The notes under the pieces were generated by a model. That model made no database searches and was not told where the DNA came from. It was given only the letters and a program-made list of their open reading frames with translations. This document shows, in pieces, positions 1-28,124 of a stretch of 64,000 bases of DNA (its first letter is position 1; each line of letters opens with the position of its first letter). Both the position numbers and the translations under genes were made by a program. The DNA comes from Macrostomum lignano (taxonomy: Eukaryota). The stretch is taken from NCBI GenBank assembly GCA_002269645.1, contig NIVC01000705.1:35843-99842 (forward strand), read 5' to 3'.

Positions 1-1121
1 AAAGTTTAGCAAAGATTAATTTTAGTTAAAGTTAGTTTACAGTTAGTTAATTTAAATAAATGTATAAGTAATATCAACTAGTACTAGGCCTAATCAAAAC
101 ATTGAATCATAACTAATTATATTTCTATTTATCATTAAATACTATAGTATTAAGCTTGTTTGACTTAGTAGCCAAAGGTTTTAGAAAAACAAACTTTATT
201 TTTATAGGCCTATAAATTATTGAATAGCTATCAAAATTTTCAGTTAATACAAGTCTTGAAATCATAAGTTGTTTTCATTATTCCCAATATGTATATTATA
301 ACTTGCAAGGGCAATCATCATGTCATTTTAAATATTATTAGGCTATCATATTCTAAGTCTATTGATTATAAAACAGAATAAAATATATTTTATTAAGTTA
401 AATTAAAAAATATATTATGCAATAAAAAATAGACCTATACCTATGCAGCTATGTTTCAATATATATTACTTTAAATGATAAAGCCTAAGGTCTAGTCAGT
501 TTAATGCATAGTCAATATTGTACATTCTATTAGGCCCAGTATCTATATTAGAGTCTTAGACCTAAATCAAGATTAAAAGATGGCTTATATCTAGTTAATC
601 TAATATTCTATGCCCCAGGGCCTATTTATTACAATTGAGTTTATATAGGCCTAAAAAGATTAGCTAGGCCTAATTTTAATAGATAGGATATGTTACTTTA
701 TTGCTTTATACTAAAGTCTAACTACAATCTTGATCTTGATTTCAAAAGTTTGGTTTCAGAGTTAGATAGGCCAAGGTATTTTAAGAAATTCTTGAAATTT
801 AAAAATGGGCTTAAAGTTAAAAATAGTTAAGCAAAATTGAATTCAATAGGCCTACTATTCTATATACTAAAAATGAACCTCTTTAGTTGACCAACTTTAT
901 ATATAAAAATCTAGAAGATAGACTTAGAATAGGCCTAGATTTCTAATTCTTTATCTAAATCTTTATCAAAAGGTGACAAGGTCTATATAAAAAATAGCCA
1001 TGTAGGCCTAAAAATTATCTTTAAATGAGTTTCTCTTTCCAACTTAAAAAGTAGTTTTTTATTGCCTTTGTTTTTGCTTCTATTGTTAATATTGTAGATA
1101 GATGTCCTTACTCCCCCTTGG

Positions 1122-1420
1122 TAATAGCTAGAGTTCCGGCACCGGAACCCGTTTTCTAACAGCTAGGGATCCGGCAGTGCCATATAGAACTTAGAAGCAT
1201 ATAAAGACTACTAAGAACATATCTTAAAAAGTCTGAATATTAGGCCTAGAAGCATCTTGTCCCAAATCTTATCATATTGTCTTAAATTTTAATCTAGAAC
1301 AAAATCTCAATATCAGCTACCTGTATAAAGAAAAATATAATGTTGCATCTATATTATAATGGCACTACCGGATCCATAGCCATTAGAAAATGGGTTCCAG
1401 TGCCAGAACTCTAGCCATTG
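1122..1420. mobile_element. MITE-like element with ~60-bp imperfect terminal inverted repeats
   Basis: 1123-1183 is the reverse complement of 1359-1419 with about 8 mismatches; the interior is non-coding and AT-rich; no clear TSD. Confidence 0.65.
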
Positions 1421-4400
1421 CCCTCCCCTCCAATATAAATCCTGGCTATGGGCTTAAATTTGCCTTTCATGTCAGATAGGTATACTATATAGTATATAGG
1501 CTAGCCATTGGAAATTTAGATTAGAATCAGAGTCAGAGATGTTTGAAACTTTAAAGTTATCACACATGGCTCCACTAAAATGTGTCCTTATAGTAGGGCC
1601 TAGGGCCTAGCCTAGTAGCCCCCCTAATAGGGCCTACATCTTAAAAATCATTGTAAGGAGTCAACCTACTGTCTGAGTACTAGCACTGCTGCGCTGCAGT
1701 GTACCCAATAGACCTAGAACAATGGCAATGCGGTGCCTGCCCAAATAGCATTAGGCCAAGGCCTATATACACCATGCGCCCATTTTAACACAACTGATGC
1801 AATGACACAAGATCGAATAGGCCTAATTGTTCTATGTGGCCACTTTATGTGTGGCTGTTTTGTGCCATTTTTTGACTGAAATATCTCTGGACTTATTATG
1901 GAATCTAAAATCCAAATTTGGGATGCCACTCTGAAATTTGGTGGGCCTTTAGCTAGACACACGCACAAATAGGAATAGGCCTACTTCGGCTTTGGCCTTC
2001 TTAAGTGATATATATTTAATTTACTAATACCCACTTGCTCCACAGTAGACGATGGAAATCTTTTCAAGAATTGTCATACCCATTCTCGACATACTGGTTT
2101 CAGCTGACTCAGCTCATTCAGCTGCTCTAATTTTTTAGGCTTGAAACAATGGACAAGCAAGTCAAGGAGCTGACTGACTGAATTTAATTCGATCAACTTT
2201 ATTGGATATTTGGGTCGTTCGCAAATTCTAGGAGGAGCAAAAAATTTAACAATTTTCCGAACATTTACTATTGTTACTGCCATATTGAAAATAATAGGAC
2301 ACTTTTATCTGTGAATAAAGATAATTTTTGGGTTAAACTTTATCATGCAAAAGTGTTTTTTAATCATCTGGCGGTATTAAGCGATAATTAGCGATGAAAA
2401 AAATCAAATTCAATCATTTCACCGATGTTAATTTTTGGTACTACAAGATGTCTGTAGCTAAAAAAAAGTTGTTGTTGTGTTGAAACCTTGCTATATTACA
2501 TTTAAAATGAAAGCTTATATAAATTTAATTTAAGATTTTTTTAAAGCTCAATAAACTGCACTATAAATGATTTTATAGACGCTTAACTGTATGCCTAGCA
2601 TTTCCGGTGGGATAGCCTCTTTGCGTCTCACAAAATGTATTTTTTCAGCTGACGTCTAGAATGTGCGCTTAAAATGATACATTTTGATGCAGATAATTAG
2701 AAAAACATGTCTTTTTATCTTTTTGTAAAAAATTGTTATGAAATAGAGCACTATTGTTGATAAAAATAATTAAAAGCAACCATGCATCGCAATAAACTCC
2801 TACTTTGAAGCACAAAATAAATATCCTGTAACCACACTAGCATTCTCCATGGAGCACCTTTTGAGCTGAAATTTTACACAGATATCCAGTAAAGTAAACT
2901 GAGCAAATGATTTTTTTTGTTTTTGAAAATACTTCAATTTGGCTATGTATCAGTTAGTACATTGGACATATTTATTATATTTTTATTAAAATCCTTGTAA
3001 CCAAGCTACAGAGAAACATGTGCAAAACTGGACCTTGAAATTTGACCTGAATGATCAGCAAATGTGTATCTCGAAATGATTTTTTTTGTTTTCATCAAGT
3101 CATTCTATGCTAATTTTTTCTGAAGGTAAAGATACCATATATTTAGAGTCAATAGGGGAAGCATTTAGACTTATTCAATAGTCATTAAAATTGCAACTAT
3201 ATTATTATAATATAGTAATAATATTATACATGTATTATATAGTAATATTAACTTCTAAGATGCCCTTATAAATTTAAGTAAAGACAACAGGCCTTAATTA
3301 ATTAATCAGCATTTTGAAGAAACTGACCTTATACAGATGGGCCCCAAGCTAAGAAATGAATGTAGAGCTTATTTCGTGTAAGGTATAAAAATCAATTTAT
3401 TAAAATATTAAATACTTCTAATAAATTGGTTAAATTAGTTATTTACCTTGAATTAATTTAATTTTAATAATTAAATATATAAATTTGTTTCACTTCTTAC
3501 TGCATTTAAATAGAGTACCTCTCTACTATACTATAGAAGTATAGTAAAAGTACATGGTAAAAAAGTATAGTAAAAAATTTTCTTTGGTTTAATCCCAGCT
3601 TGCCTCAGTTTTTTAGTCTTAATACGAGCTAGATAGTAAGTGTTGATTAATTTGCTCCATCACCTTTTGCCACGGAAACAGCACATGTCGGACATGCAAC
3701 ACTCTTCCTGATCCCTGGATTCAAGATGACTGCTTCTGCTTCTTCAATGCTTGAAAACTGAGCTCATGGAGCTTTAGGTTATGCTGTCAGAGTGCTGCTG
3801 CCGGTGCTGTGTGTGTATGTGTGTGTCTTCTGCGGGTAGGTTCCATGTCCCTCAGTTTAGCCACTGTTGTGGGCTAACTGGAGGAATTGCCGTTGTCGGT
3901 GCTGCAGGTGGCACTGCATGGTAGTATTGACGCTGTCAGTGACGCTGGCAAAGGCTTGGACGAAGCTAGGTGCCGTCATTGTCAGAAGGACATGCGTGTG
4001 CTGCTTAGACCAGTGCGCACATTCGACTGGACTCGTATCTGGTGCAGTCTGGTGTATTCACTGAGATTGTGTGGGTCTGCCTCCTCGCATCACCTCAACC
4101 AGGCTCAATTTCTTTTGTAGAATTTTCGTGCGCTGCTTAACTGCATCTTGTGCCTGCTGAGTGATGCCAAGAATTGTGCCACACAATAATTTGGCCCATA
4201 AACTACTCGTATATTATACATATGTATGCACAGCACACACACACGCAGTTCATTCATATTAAATGTACTAGTTAATGGAATTCTCATCTCATGAGCTCTA
4301 GTCTATGGACAAACCTGAAATTACTAGAATATCTAGATAGATCTAAACTTCTTTGAGCAGCGCGTTGCGCTGCGAGCAAAATACATGTAGATTCCTTAGC

Positions 4401-7400
4401 GCAACTAATTAATAGTGTAGTACAGTCTACAGCCTGAAGTAGCCTGTGTAAGATGCGGAGGGATGATTTTTGCATAGGAAGCCACTACGGTAAGGTTGAT
4501 GGAACTATGGGGAGGTGAGAGATTCAAAGCGAGGGACGGAAGCCATGCATAGTTCGATCATAAGTTTGATTATTCCATGAGTCTGGGGATGCATTAACGA
4601 GAGGCGGACGAGAGCATAGAAATAAAGCGGGCTAAATATATTAATACACAAAATTACATGTACTAGCTAGTAATTTCAGAATGGTCAGCGACTCCTCCGA
4701 TTTGTATCCGCGACCGCGTGCCCACAAATCCCCCGGCAGACCCTGTCGCAGTTGGTGGTTGTGCACAGAATACAATGTTAATTTTCGAGCTTCTCTGCAA
4801 AAAATGCGTGATGCACTCAAGATGCGTGCTATAGTCTACTTCTTTGATTGATGGCTGGGTTTTGCCTTTTCGCTTGTGATCATCAAAAGCTTGGGCGTCA
4901 TTGCTACTGGTGTTTCAGTGTGCGCATTATGTCTGGTTATCATATTATGTGCATGTGCAGTGTCTTTTACCTACATTTTTGTTTGTCTCTGTTTCCTGCA
5001 TGCTCTTTCGCATTTTTACACCTCGCACACCCTCATTTTTCTCAATTAACAAGTGAAATCTTTTTTAAAGACTAACTGCTATTTTAGTTAAGCTAGTAGG
5101 TTTTTGGTAATTAAATAATTCAATTTTGTCTATTTTCCAAAAAGTTTCAAAAAATGAATTGATTAAAATAAATTTGAATTATTTTAAGTTAATTGGAGTA
5201 AAATGTCTAATAAGTAACTATAATTTTTTATTTTAAGTACATGCAGCTTTGGTATAAGTATTAATGTAATAAGTACTTAAAGTAAAATCAAGCAAGTTAT
5301 AGTTTTCAGAAATTATGCTACAAATAATCAAATATATACTAGAATCCGAATTCCTTTATTAAGGAACATGCAGTTGATATTAAATCCACAATGTGCTTTT
5401 TGGTGTTCAAGGATAGTTCCCTGACTTTTTCTATTATTAGTTAGATTTTATTATATTTAATGTAAAAATGAACAATTCTATTCACCGTAAAAATGAACAT
5501 TCTTTATTTGTCGAATCATCTTGACTTTGAAAAGATACATAGTGAAAACTTGATTTTTAATTCAACCTTTCAAGACTTATTTAGACTTCTTAATTCAGTG
5601 ATTAGTTAAACTGATCGAAGTCCTTTCGAGTGCATGCTATAATAATTTCGCACTTTTTCGCACACGATAATTTTAAATGTCTGGGATTTAGAGCAGAGTA
5701 ACAAAATGCTGTGCTCAAAAACATTTCCTTTGTCAATTTCTTGTTCTTTTATTTTTGCAAAAGAAATTTAACTGCATATTTAAAATAAAAATAGAAGAAA
5801 ATTTTATTTTCTCTTTAATATTTTTGTCGTTTATTTTCCGCAACAAAGAATAACAAATAGCCTTGATTTCTTCTCAATTTCAAGTTTTCTTGTGGTTTTA
5901 GTAGCAGCTTCTTACAGAAATTGTCGAAATAATTTTTTTTGTACGATTATTGGTCGATGTATAAACTTTTTTTGCAATAACAAAAAGTTGTGACCTAGCT
6001 TTGAGAACGACCCATTTCGAATTTTAGGGGAACAGCTCATACTATAACGAAACGACACTCATTTTGTCAAAAAAAATTAATAGAAGCAGTGCAAAAAGCA
6101 TATAAACTTGTTGTGCATCCAATGCATTAGGCAAAAAGTATAGTTGGCCTTTCCCAGTATGTGTTTTAGTTAGCAATCAAATATCGTGCTTACTAGATTT
6201 CAACTTTAAAACATTTTCTAGGAAAGCAACACGTGGTAAGAAAAAGCAAAATCGCACCATCCTTCAGTTTTAATCCAGACTTTTGGGTGCAAATGCATGA
6301 TATCCACTGCATTCAAACGTGGCCTGTCGTGATGAATCTGTCATCGTGCTGCTAGATTTATGCGCGTGTTGTCTTTTACTTTGACTTTTTTTTAATATCT
6401 ATTTGCTCCTCTTGTAGTTGCATTTTGACCTTTTTAAACATTTTTTTAATATTTCTAACTGATTTTAGTGACTAATATTGAAAAAAATTGTGTGATACAT
6501 GAAAATTACCTAGCAAATGTTATTTAAACGTTTTTATTTAAGGAGTTTTATCAGATATTCTGAAGGGAACTAAAGTAATAAACTGCACATGTTTGTTTTT
6601 TCTTTGAATTAAACACTTTTGATTCTTTTGAAATAATATGATATGATTTGAACTTTTGATTTGATATGATATGATATGAACTTTTGAAAACATTGCTATG
6701 ATACAAAATAAAACAAATTACAATAAGTGTGGTAACTTGAACTACATGAAGCTATTTTTAAAATGATAAATATAAAATGTTTGCTATACTTCATGGCAAG
6801 CTCTTAAAACTGAATTAGAGTTTAAAAGTTAGAAACACTGGAAATTTTACTAGAAACACTAGTAAAATTGAGTTTTTTCTTGTTCTAGTTTCCTAGTTCC
6901 CTTTACTTTAAAGGAAAGGGACTATAAAACTAAATGAAATAGATAAGGCCTCTGTTATGAACTTGAAAGCAAGAGATTTGAATTATGAGCATGCTTGTTA
7001 TTTGATATTTAGTAAAACACAACTGTATATTAAACATAATCAATAGTTTTTTTATATTTGAGAGTCTTTTTTCATTGTTTTCTGTAAGTGTTAGATTTTA
7101 TTTAGGCAATTTTTTTAAATACAAGAGATAGTTTCATCAGTATGGAATATAACTGTTCCTCTTAGAATTATAGCATTCTGAATTCTCATGTCATTTCAGT
7201 TGAGATGAATAATTTTAGTTTTCTTGGTACTTTTCATAATTGATGTATTGTACAGTATAGAAAAAATAGAGTAACATGCTTAAGGCTTGTTAGGCCCTAT
7301 GCAAATCTGTGATGTAAATATCCATGAATGATTGTAGTAATTGGGTGCCCATAAATTAGTAATAATATCAGATTTTTTAAGTGGTATAGTAAATACAAAA

Positions 7401-8761
7401 TAGGCAAGGTTAGGTAGTAATGCTGCCCACTGCAAGACTAAGTTTATGATATATTGATTTATTGGCAGATATGCATAAAAAGTTGAGATATAATTAAAAT
7501 TATATGGTTTCAAAAGACAAAAAAGCTCAACATAAGAGACTGCTAGTTCGCAATTTTTTTCAAGTTATTGTCACTCGTGAAGTAAATATTACAATAGTTA
7601 GAGATGCCTGAGAGAGAAAGAGAGAGCGGTTCCTCTCAATCAATTACTGTATCATTTAAACAGAAGCGCTCATCCATCTTCCTGGTTATTCATTCCACTG
7701 CAGATTTTCCTCAACATCCCAGGCTCCGAAACCCTCGCTTCATCTGAAATTCATTCCCGTCTGTTTATTTGCATCGTCAAACCTTGCCATTGTAGTTTTA
7801 TATATCATAAGGTCGCCTCTCTTCATCTCTGCGGAGTTTACAAAGCTCAGAGTCTCTCTCCCCTGTCTCTACCCTATTCTCGTCTCATTCTACTCTCAAT
7901 ACTAATATAGTTTATATAGTTTAAGTTATAAATGGCACTGCCGTGCATCAGAAGTCCTGCAGCTTAATAGTGTTTGTTCTGGTCTACTAAGAGCGCTGAG
8001 TGGGCTCTTGGATCCAGGACTGTATATGCAGAGTAGGTGACGTGTAGGCAGGCAGAACCTACGACAAGCTTTGCTGCCATGGTGAATGAGAATTGAGAAG
8101 GAAGGAAATTTAGGGGGTAGAAAAGCCGGTTTAAGCCAGCCCAAATGGGTTGGAAAATGCGATTTGGAAAGAAAGGAAAGCAGTTTTTTGTGAAGGGGAG
8201 CCAGAGAGTTTATTGATCGGCGGGGTGGAGGTGGCAGGCGGGGTGGAGAGGTGGATTTGAGCAGCTCTAGTTTGGTTGGTTTTAAAAATAGTTCCCTTTG
8301 CTCTTATTGTGTTGTGCAGTGACAGATTTTCCTCTTCAGGAATTGAGGGGGGGAAGAGATGAGGTGGATGGCGCGTCTTTTTCTTTCTGTTACTCTGACA
8401 TTTCTAACCCACCTGTGTAGCCCCCCCCCCGATCGCTCTCTCTCTCTACCTCTCTCCTACCTGAGTCCAGTACATGCCGTGTACTGCAGCGCTGCTTTGG
8501 CATTAATAGCAATCCCCTAATGCTTAGAGGTACAAGTTAGGAGAACCAGCCGATTTCTATAAGCTTGAATATCATAATAATAAATCATCCATGGCTATTT
8601 GGAATGTCTAAATCCTCCAATTCTTAATTTTCTTTACCTTTTCTCTCTTCAGTGAGATATTTTTCGTCAAAGTGCAAGGCTAACAATGGTCTTGTCGCTT
8701 TATGCTTTTAATGAGTAACTTATTCAAGGCCGAGTTCGAGTTGCCCGCTCTGCTCTGAGGG

Positions 8762-21990
<13,229 letters not shown>

Positions 21991-22265
21991 AATATGAATT
22001 CGGTGAAGGTTTCCTTCTTGCGCCTCAATGCACAATTACTTTAAATATTTTTTTGCTTTCTTAGATTTTCTTTATAGTTAGCAAAGTTTTTGCAACGCCT
22101 TTACTTACAGTAGTGTACGGGATATTAGTATCTATTTACTTTGCATTCCCATTATTTTTCTATCCGAGGTAGAGAAGCATGCGGGGTTTTTCAGCCCAAC
22201 AGAGAGGGACGCGTATTGCTATAAAAATTTTGTACAACTTTTTTGCGTCTTTAAAACCTTACCAC

Positions 22266-23300
22266 CTGACGCCCCCGATTTGGCGCCACTGACACCCCCG
22301 ATTTGGCGCCACTGACACCCCCGATTTGGCCCTACTGACACCCCCGATTTGGTGCCCCTGACACCCCCGATTTGGCCCTACTGACACCCCCGATTTGGCC
22401 CTACTGACACCCCCGATTTGGCCGTACTGACACCCCCGATTTGGCCCTACTGACACCCCCGATTTGGTGCCCCTGACACCCCCGATTTGGCCCTACTGAC
22501 ACCCCCGATTTGGTGCCCTTGACACCCCCGATTTGGCCCTACTGACACCCCCGATTTGACCCTACTGACACCCCGATTTGGCCCTACTGACACCCCCGAT
22601 TTGGCGCCACTGACACCCCGATTTGACCCTACTGACACCCCCGATTTGGCCGTGCTGACACCCCCGATTTGGCGCCACTGACACCCCCGATTTGGCGCCA
22701 CTGACACCCCCGATTTGGCGCCACTGACACCCCCGATTTGGCGCCACTGACACCCCCGATTTGGCGCCACTGACACCCCCGATTTGGCCGTACTGACACC
22801 CCCGATTTGGCGCCACTGACACCCCCGATTTGGCCGTACTGACACCCCCGATTTGGCGCCACTGACACCCCCGATTTGGCCCTACTGACACCCCGATTTG
22901 GCGCCACTGATACCCCCGATTTGGCCGTACTGACACCCCCGATTTGGCGCCACTGACACCCCCGATTTGGCCGTACTGACACCCCCGATTTGGCGCCACT
23001 GACACCCCCGATTTGGCCCTACTGACACCCCGATTTGGCCGTACTGACACCCCGATTTGGCCCTACTGACACCCCGATTTGGCCGTACTGACACCCCGAT
23101 TTGGCCCTACTGACACCCCCGATTTGGCCCTACTGACACCCCCGATTTGGCCGTACTGACACCCCCGATTTGGCCTTACTGACACCCCCGATTTGGCGCC
23201 CCTGACACCTCCGATTTAGCGCTACTGACACCCCCGATTTGGCCGTACTGACACCCCCGATTTGGCATTCCTGACACCCCCGATTTAGCGCCACTTACAC
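22266..23300 (+). repeat. 23-bp minisatellite (ctgacacccccgatttggcgcca), ~45 copies
   Basis: Period 23 with 22-bp variants and ccct/ccgt/cgcc unit types. Confidence 0.97.
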
Positions 23301-23869
23301 CCAAAAAAGGCGCCTGTGACACCCCCAAACTGGCGCCGCCGTCTCTCGGGTCCTGAATGCTCCTCTGCTTCAAATCCAATTTCGAATTGTCCACGATGGG
23401 CAATGAAAAGAAACAAATTATTTTTTGATTTGCTTCTTTTCAATTTTTCTTCTTTTCGATATTTTGATACGAAAATTAAGAGTTTTTCTATTTTTTCTCG
23501 GCTGTGATAGCGGAACATACTACTGGCTTGATTCGTCAGTAGTATAATCTAATGCGTCATAAAGCAAAAGAGCTATTTACAAAATGCAATATTTTTCCCG
23601 GCTTTTTACAACTAATAGTAAAGAACCTGTCAGGGGCCTTCTGCTTTTTCTAGGTTTCAATTCTTTTTCGAAATTTCGTGTTATTTTTTATCAGTCAAAA
23701 GTCACTACTGATTTGACCTGGCTTCAATGCACAGTGCTTGTAAAATTGTTTTTTGTTTCTTTTGTTTGTTTTTCTAATTTGGTCTTTGTCATTATATTCG
23801 TGTTGTGTTTTCCAAGAAACATTGTTGTGTGTGTGCGAACTTTCACTGTCAGTTTTACAGTCAGTGATT

Positions 23870-25060
23870 ACCTACCACCTGCCACCTGAACTATCACCTG
23901 AACTACCACCTGAACTACCACCTGAACTACCACCTTATCTACCAACTAACTACCACCTGAACTATCACCTGAACTACCACCTGAACTACCACCTGAACTA
24001 CCACCTTATCTACCAACTAACTACCACCTGAACTATCACCTGAACTACCACCTGAACTACCACCTGAACTACCACCTTATCTACCAACTAACTACCACCT
24101 GAACTACTACCTGAACTACCACCTTATCTACCAACTAACTACCACCTGAACTACTACCTGAACTACCACCTTATCTACCAACTAACTACCACCTGAACTA
24201 CTACCTGAACTACCACCTTATCTACCAACTAACTACCACCTGAACTACTACCTGAAATACCACCTGAACTACCACCTGAACTTCCACCTGAAATATCACC
24301 TGAACTTCCACCTGAACTACCACCTGAAATACCACCTGAACTACCACCTGAACTTCCACCTGAACTACCACCTGAAATATCACCTGAACTTCCACCTGAA
24401 CTACCACCTGAAATACCACCTGAACTACCACCTGAACTTCCACCTGAACTACCACCTGAAATATCACCTGAACTACCACCTGAACTTCCACCTGAACTAC
24501 CACCTGAAATACCACTGAACTTCCACCTGAACTACCACCTGAACTACCACCTGAAATATCACCTGAACTGCCACCTGAACTACCACCTGAACTACCACCT
24601 GAACTACCACCTGAAATATCACCTGAACTACCACCTGAAATATCACCTGAACTACCACCTGAACTTCCACCTGAACTACCACCTGAAATACCACTGAACT
24701 TCCACCTGAACTACCACCTGAACTACCACCTGAAATACCACCTGAAATACCACCTGAAATACCACTGAACTTCCACCTGAACTACCACCTGAAATATCAC
24801 CTGAACTGCCACCTGAACTACCACCTGAACTACCACCTTAACTACCACCTGAAATATCACCTGAACTACCACCTGAAATATCACCTGAACTACCACCTGA
24901 ACTTCCACCTGAACTACCACCTGAAATACCACTGAACTTCCACCTGAACTACCACCTGAACTACCACCTGAAATACCACCTGAAATACCACCTGAAATAC
25001 CACTGAACTTCCACCTGAACTACCACCTGAAATACCACCTGAAATACCACCTGAACTACC
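23870..25060 (+). repeat. 12-bp minisatellite (accacctgaact) with variant units
   Basis: Seen directly; produces VVQV-repeat ORFs. Confidence 0.96.
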
Positions 25061-25679
25061 CACTAGCACGATCCCAATATTGTGATTTTCTATTTGAAGG
25101 CCAGAATAATATGGTTATGCGTTACCTTTTTATTTCTTTAAACAACTGATTCTCTGTACTGCTCAATGTGAGTCAAATTGCTCAGCTGTTACCATAGCGA
25201 CTAAACCCTACTCACCTAGTTAATTGTAAGCAAAAGAATTCCTTTTCCTTTCTGCCTTAGTAGCGAAACAAAGTCGCGCTTAAAATGTATAATGGCACAC
25301 AGCAGCACTTATGCAACTTGCAACCTTTTCAGGTTCGCCTGAAAACCTTTCATCTACGCAAAAAAGTGCAAACTGTACTTTGAATTTCAATCTCCTATCG
25401 CCTTAAAACATACCTAGATTTTGAAAAATTTGCTTCGGCTGTCACAATGGACACTGCGCACAAGTTTTCAGCAGATTTTACTGTCTATATTTTTTGAATT
25501 TCAATTCATTCGAATTTGTTGCTTGTGTCCAAATAGAGATTTGAAGAATTTAGCAAATATTTTTCTTTGAGAGTTTTTTAACGAGCTGTAATTTCCCAAC
25601 TTTTATATGACGATTGACTAATCGCCTGTTTCTTGCTTTTCAAGTTTTTTCAACAATTTTCAATATATAACACTATCAA

Positions 25680-26182
25680 GCTACCTGAATCATCAGGCTA
25701 CCTGAATCATCAGGCTACCTGAATCATCAGGCTACCTGAATCATCAGGCTACCTGAATCATCAGGCTACCTGAATCATCAGGCTACCTGAATCATCAGGC
25801 TACCTGAATCATCAGGCTACCTGAATCATCAGGCTACCTGAATCATCAGGCTACCTGAATCATCAGGCTACCTGAATCATCAGGCTACCTGAATCATCAG
25901 GCTACCTGAATCATCAGGCTACCTGAATCATCAGGCTACCTGAATCATCAGGCTACCTGAATCATCAGGCTACCTGAATCATCAGGCTACCTGAATCATC
26001 AGGCTACCTGAATCATCAGGCTACCTGAATCATCAGGCTACCTGAATCATCAGGCTACCTGAATCATCAGGCTACCTGAATCATCAGGCTACCTGAATCA
26101 TCAGGCTACCTGAATCATCAGGCTACCTGAATCATCAGGCTACCTGAATCATCAGGCTACCTGAATCATCAGGCTACCTGAA
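25680..26182 (+). repeat. Perfect 17-bp tandem repeat (gctacctgaatcatcag), ~29 copies
   Basis: Period 17; no variant units seen until the end of the array. Confidence 0.98.
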
Positions 26183-26599
26183 CCCTCAGGTTACCTATGC
26201 TTTCCGTGACCGTTGATCTATCAGTCCTGTTTGCACCCTGCACGCTCAGGACTGCACAGTAATACAACAAACCTTTTCCAAGCCAAGTGATTTAGCCTCA
26301 TGGTGAGTTCCAGCACAATTGGATAAGCTTGTTATGAGAATGATGTCATGCCAAGCTCAGCTCAGCTCATCGCTCTCTTCTGAAAGAGTAACCTGTGTCC
26401 ATACTCTTTATTAGATTGAACTCGAACGCTTGTCAGTCACGCAAGCTCCATCCTCAAAGCTCTGACAGTCAGCCTCGATGCTGTTTCTCCTCGTTTTGTC
26501 TGATCCTCTGCTTCCGCATCCGCCTTGTTGCTTTGTGCTTGTTCGTGTCTGATCTATCCCTGACTGACTGGTGCTTAGGGACTCTGCTCTTCGTGCCGA

Positions 26600-27570
26600 C
26601 CTCTACTCCCTGCTCTCCCGGTGCTCTACTCCCCTCTCCCTGTGCTCTACTCCCCTCTCCCTGTGCTCTACTCCCTCTCACTGTGCTCTACTCCCCTCTC
26701 CCTGTGCTCTACTCCCCTCTCCCTGTGCTCTACTCCCCTCTCCCTGTGCTCTACTCTCCTCTCACTGTGCTCTACTCCCCTCTCCCTGTGCTCTACTCCC
26801 CTCTCCCTGTGCTCTACTCCCCTCTCCCTGTGCTCTACTCCCCTCTCCCTGTGCTCTACTCCCCTCTCCCTGTGCTCTACTCCCTCTCACTGTGCTCTAC
26901 TCTCCTCTCACTGTGCTCTACTCCCCTCTCCCTGTGCTCTACTCCCCTCTCCCTGTGCTCTACTCCCCTCTCCCTGTGCTCTACTCCCCTCTCCCTGTGC
27001 TCTACTCCCTCTCACTGTGCTCTACTCTCCTCTCACTGTGCTCTACTCTCCTCTCACTGTGCTCTATTCCCCTCTCCCTGTGCTCTACTCTCCTCTCACT
27101 GTGCTCTACTCTCCTCTCCCTGTGCTCTACTCTCCTCTCACTGTGCTCTACTCCCCTCTCACTGTGCTCTACTCTCCTCTCCCTGTGCTCTACTCCCCTC
27201 TCCCTGTGCTCTACTCCCTCTCACTGTGCTCTACTCTCCTCTCCCGGTGCTCTACTCCCCTCTCCCTGTGCTCTACTCCCCTCTCCCTGTGCTCTACTCC
27301 CCTCTCCCTGTGCTCTACTCCCTGCTCTCCCTGTGCTCTACTCCCCTCTCCCTGTGCTCTACTCCCCTCTCCCTGTGCTCTACTCCCTGCTCTCCCTGCT
27401 CTCCCGGTGCTCTACTCCCCTCTCCCTGTGCTCTACTCCCCTCTCCCTGTGCTCTACTCCCCTCTCCCTGTGCTCTACTCCCCTCTCCCTGTACTCTACT
27501 CCCCTCTCCCTGTGCTCTACTCCCCTCTCCCTGTGCTCTACTCCCTGCTCTCCCTGCTGTCCCTGTGCTC
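26600..27570 (+). repeat. 21-bp CT-rich minisatellite (ctgtgctctactcccctctcc)
   Basis: Period 21/20; explains the 361-495 aa spurious ORFs. Confidence 0.96.
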
Positions 27571-28124
27571 TACTTTACCCTCTCCATACTTTACTCAACT
27601 CTCCCTATACCCTACTCTACTCTCCTATACTCTATTCTACTCTTCTCCCCCTATAATCTATTCTCCTTGCACTCATCTAATCAATTATCCCGTCTTCCTC
27701 AGATTGGCTTACGTCATGCGTTAAACAAAGAGGCGCCTCATTTAGTAACACTTCCCCTCGCTATGAACCGAGCAGGCACTGTATACCTGATTGTGAAAAG
27801 CTTTCATTGTCAAATTACAGTGCGCCGGCATACAAGAGAGCGGTACACTTGCTTGACGCGTGGCGGGTTATTTTCGATTTAGCGGCCTCTATAGCTTAAA
27901 AGACTATGCCACCTCGTGATAGTTACAAACACTCCCACTAATTAGTTATTTCAGTCTGTTTTCAGATAGCTAGTTCTATTCAATTAGCTAATTAGGTATT
28001 TAGCAGCTGCAGTAATGTAGCCTAAACTCTCATTCTAGCGGTTTTTTAGGATAGCTCGTAATCCACGCGTGATCGTGGATAAAAATTAATCATAAGTAAA
28101 TTGGGTACTGCACAGCTGACGCCA

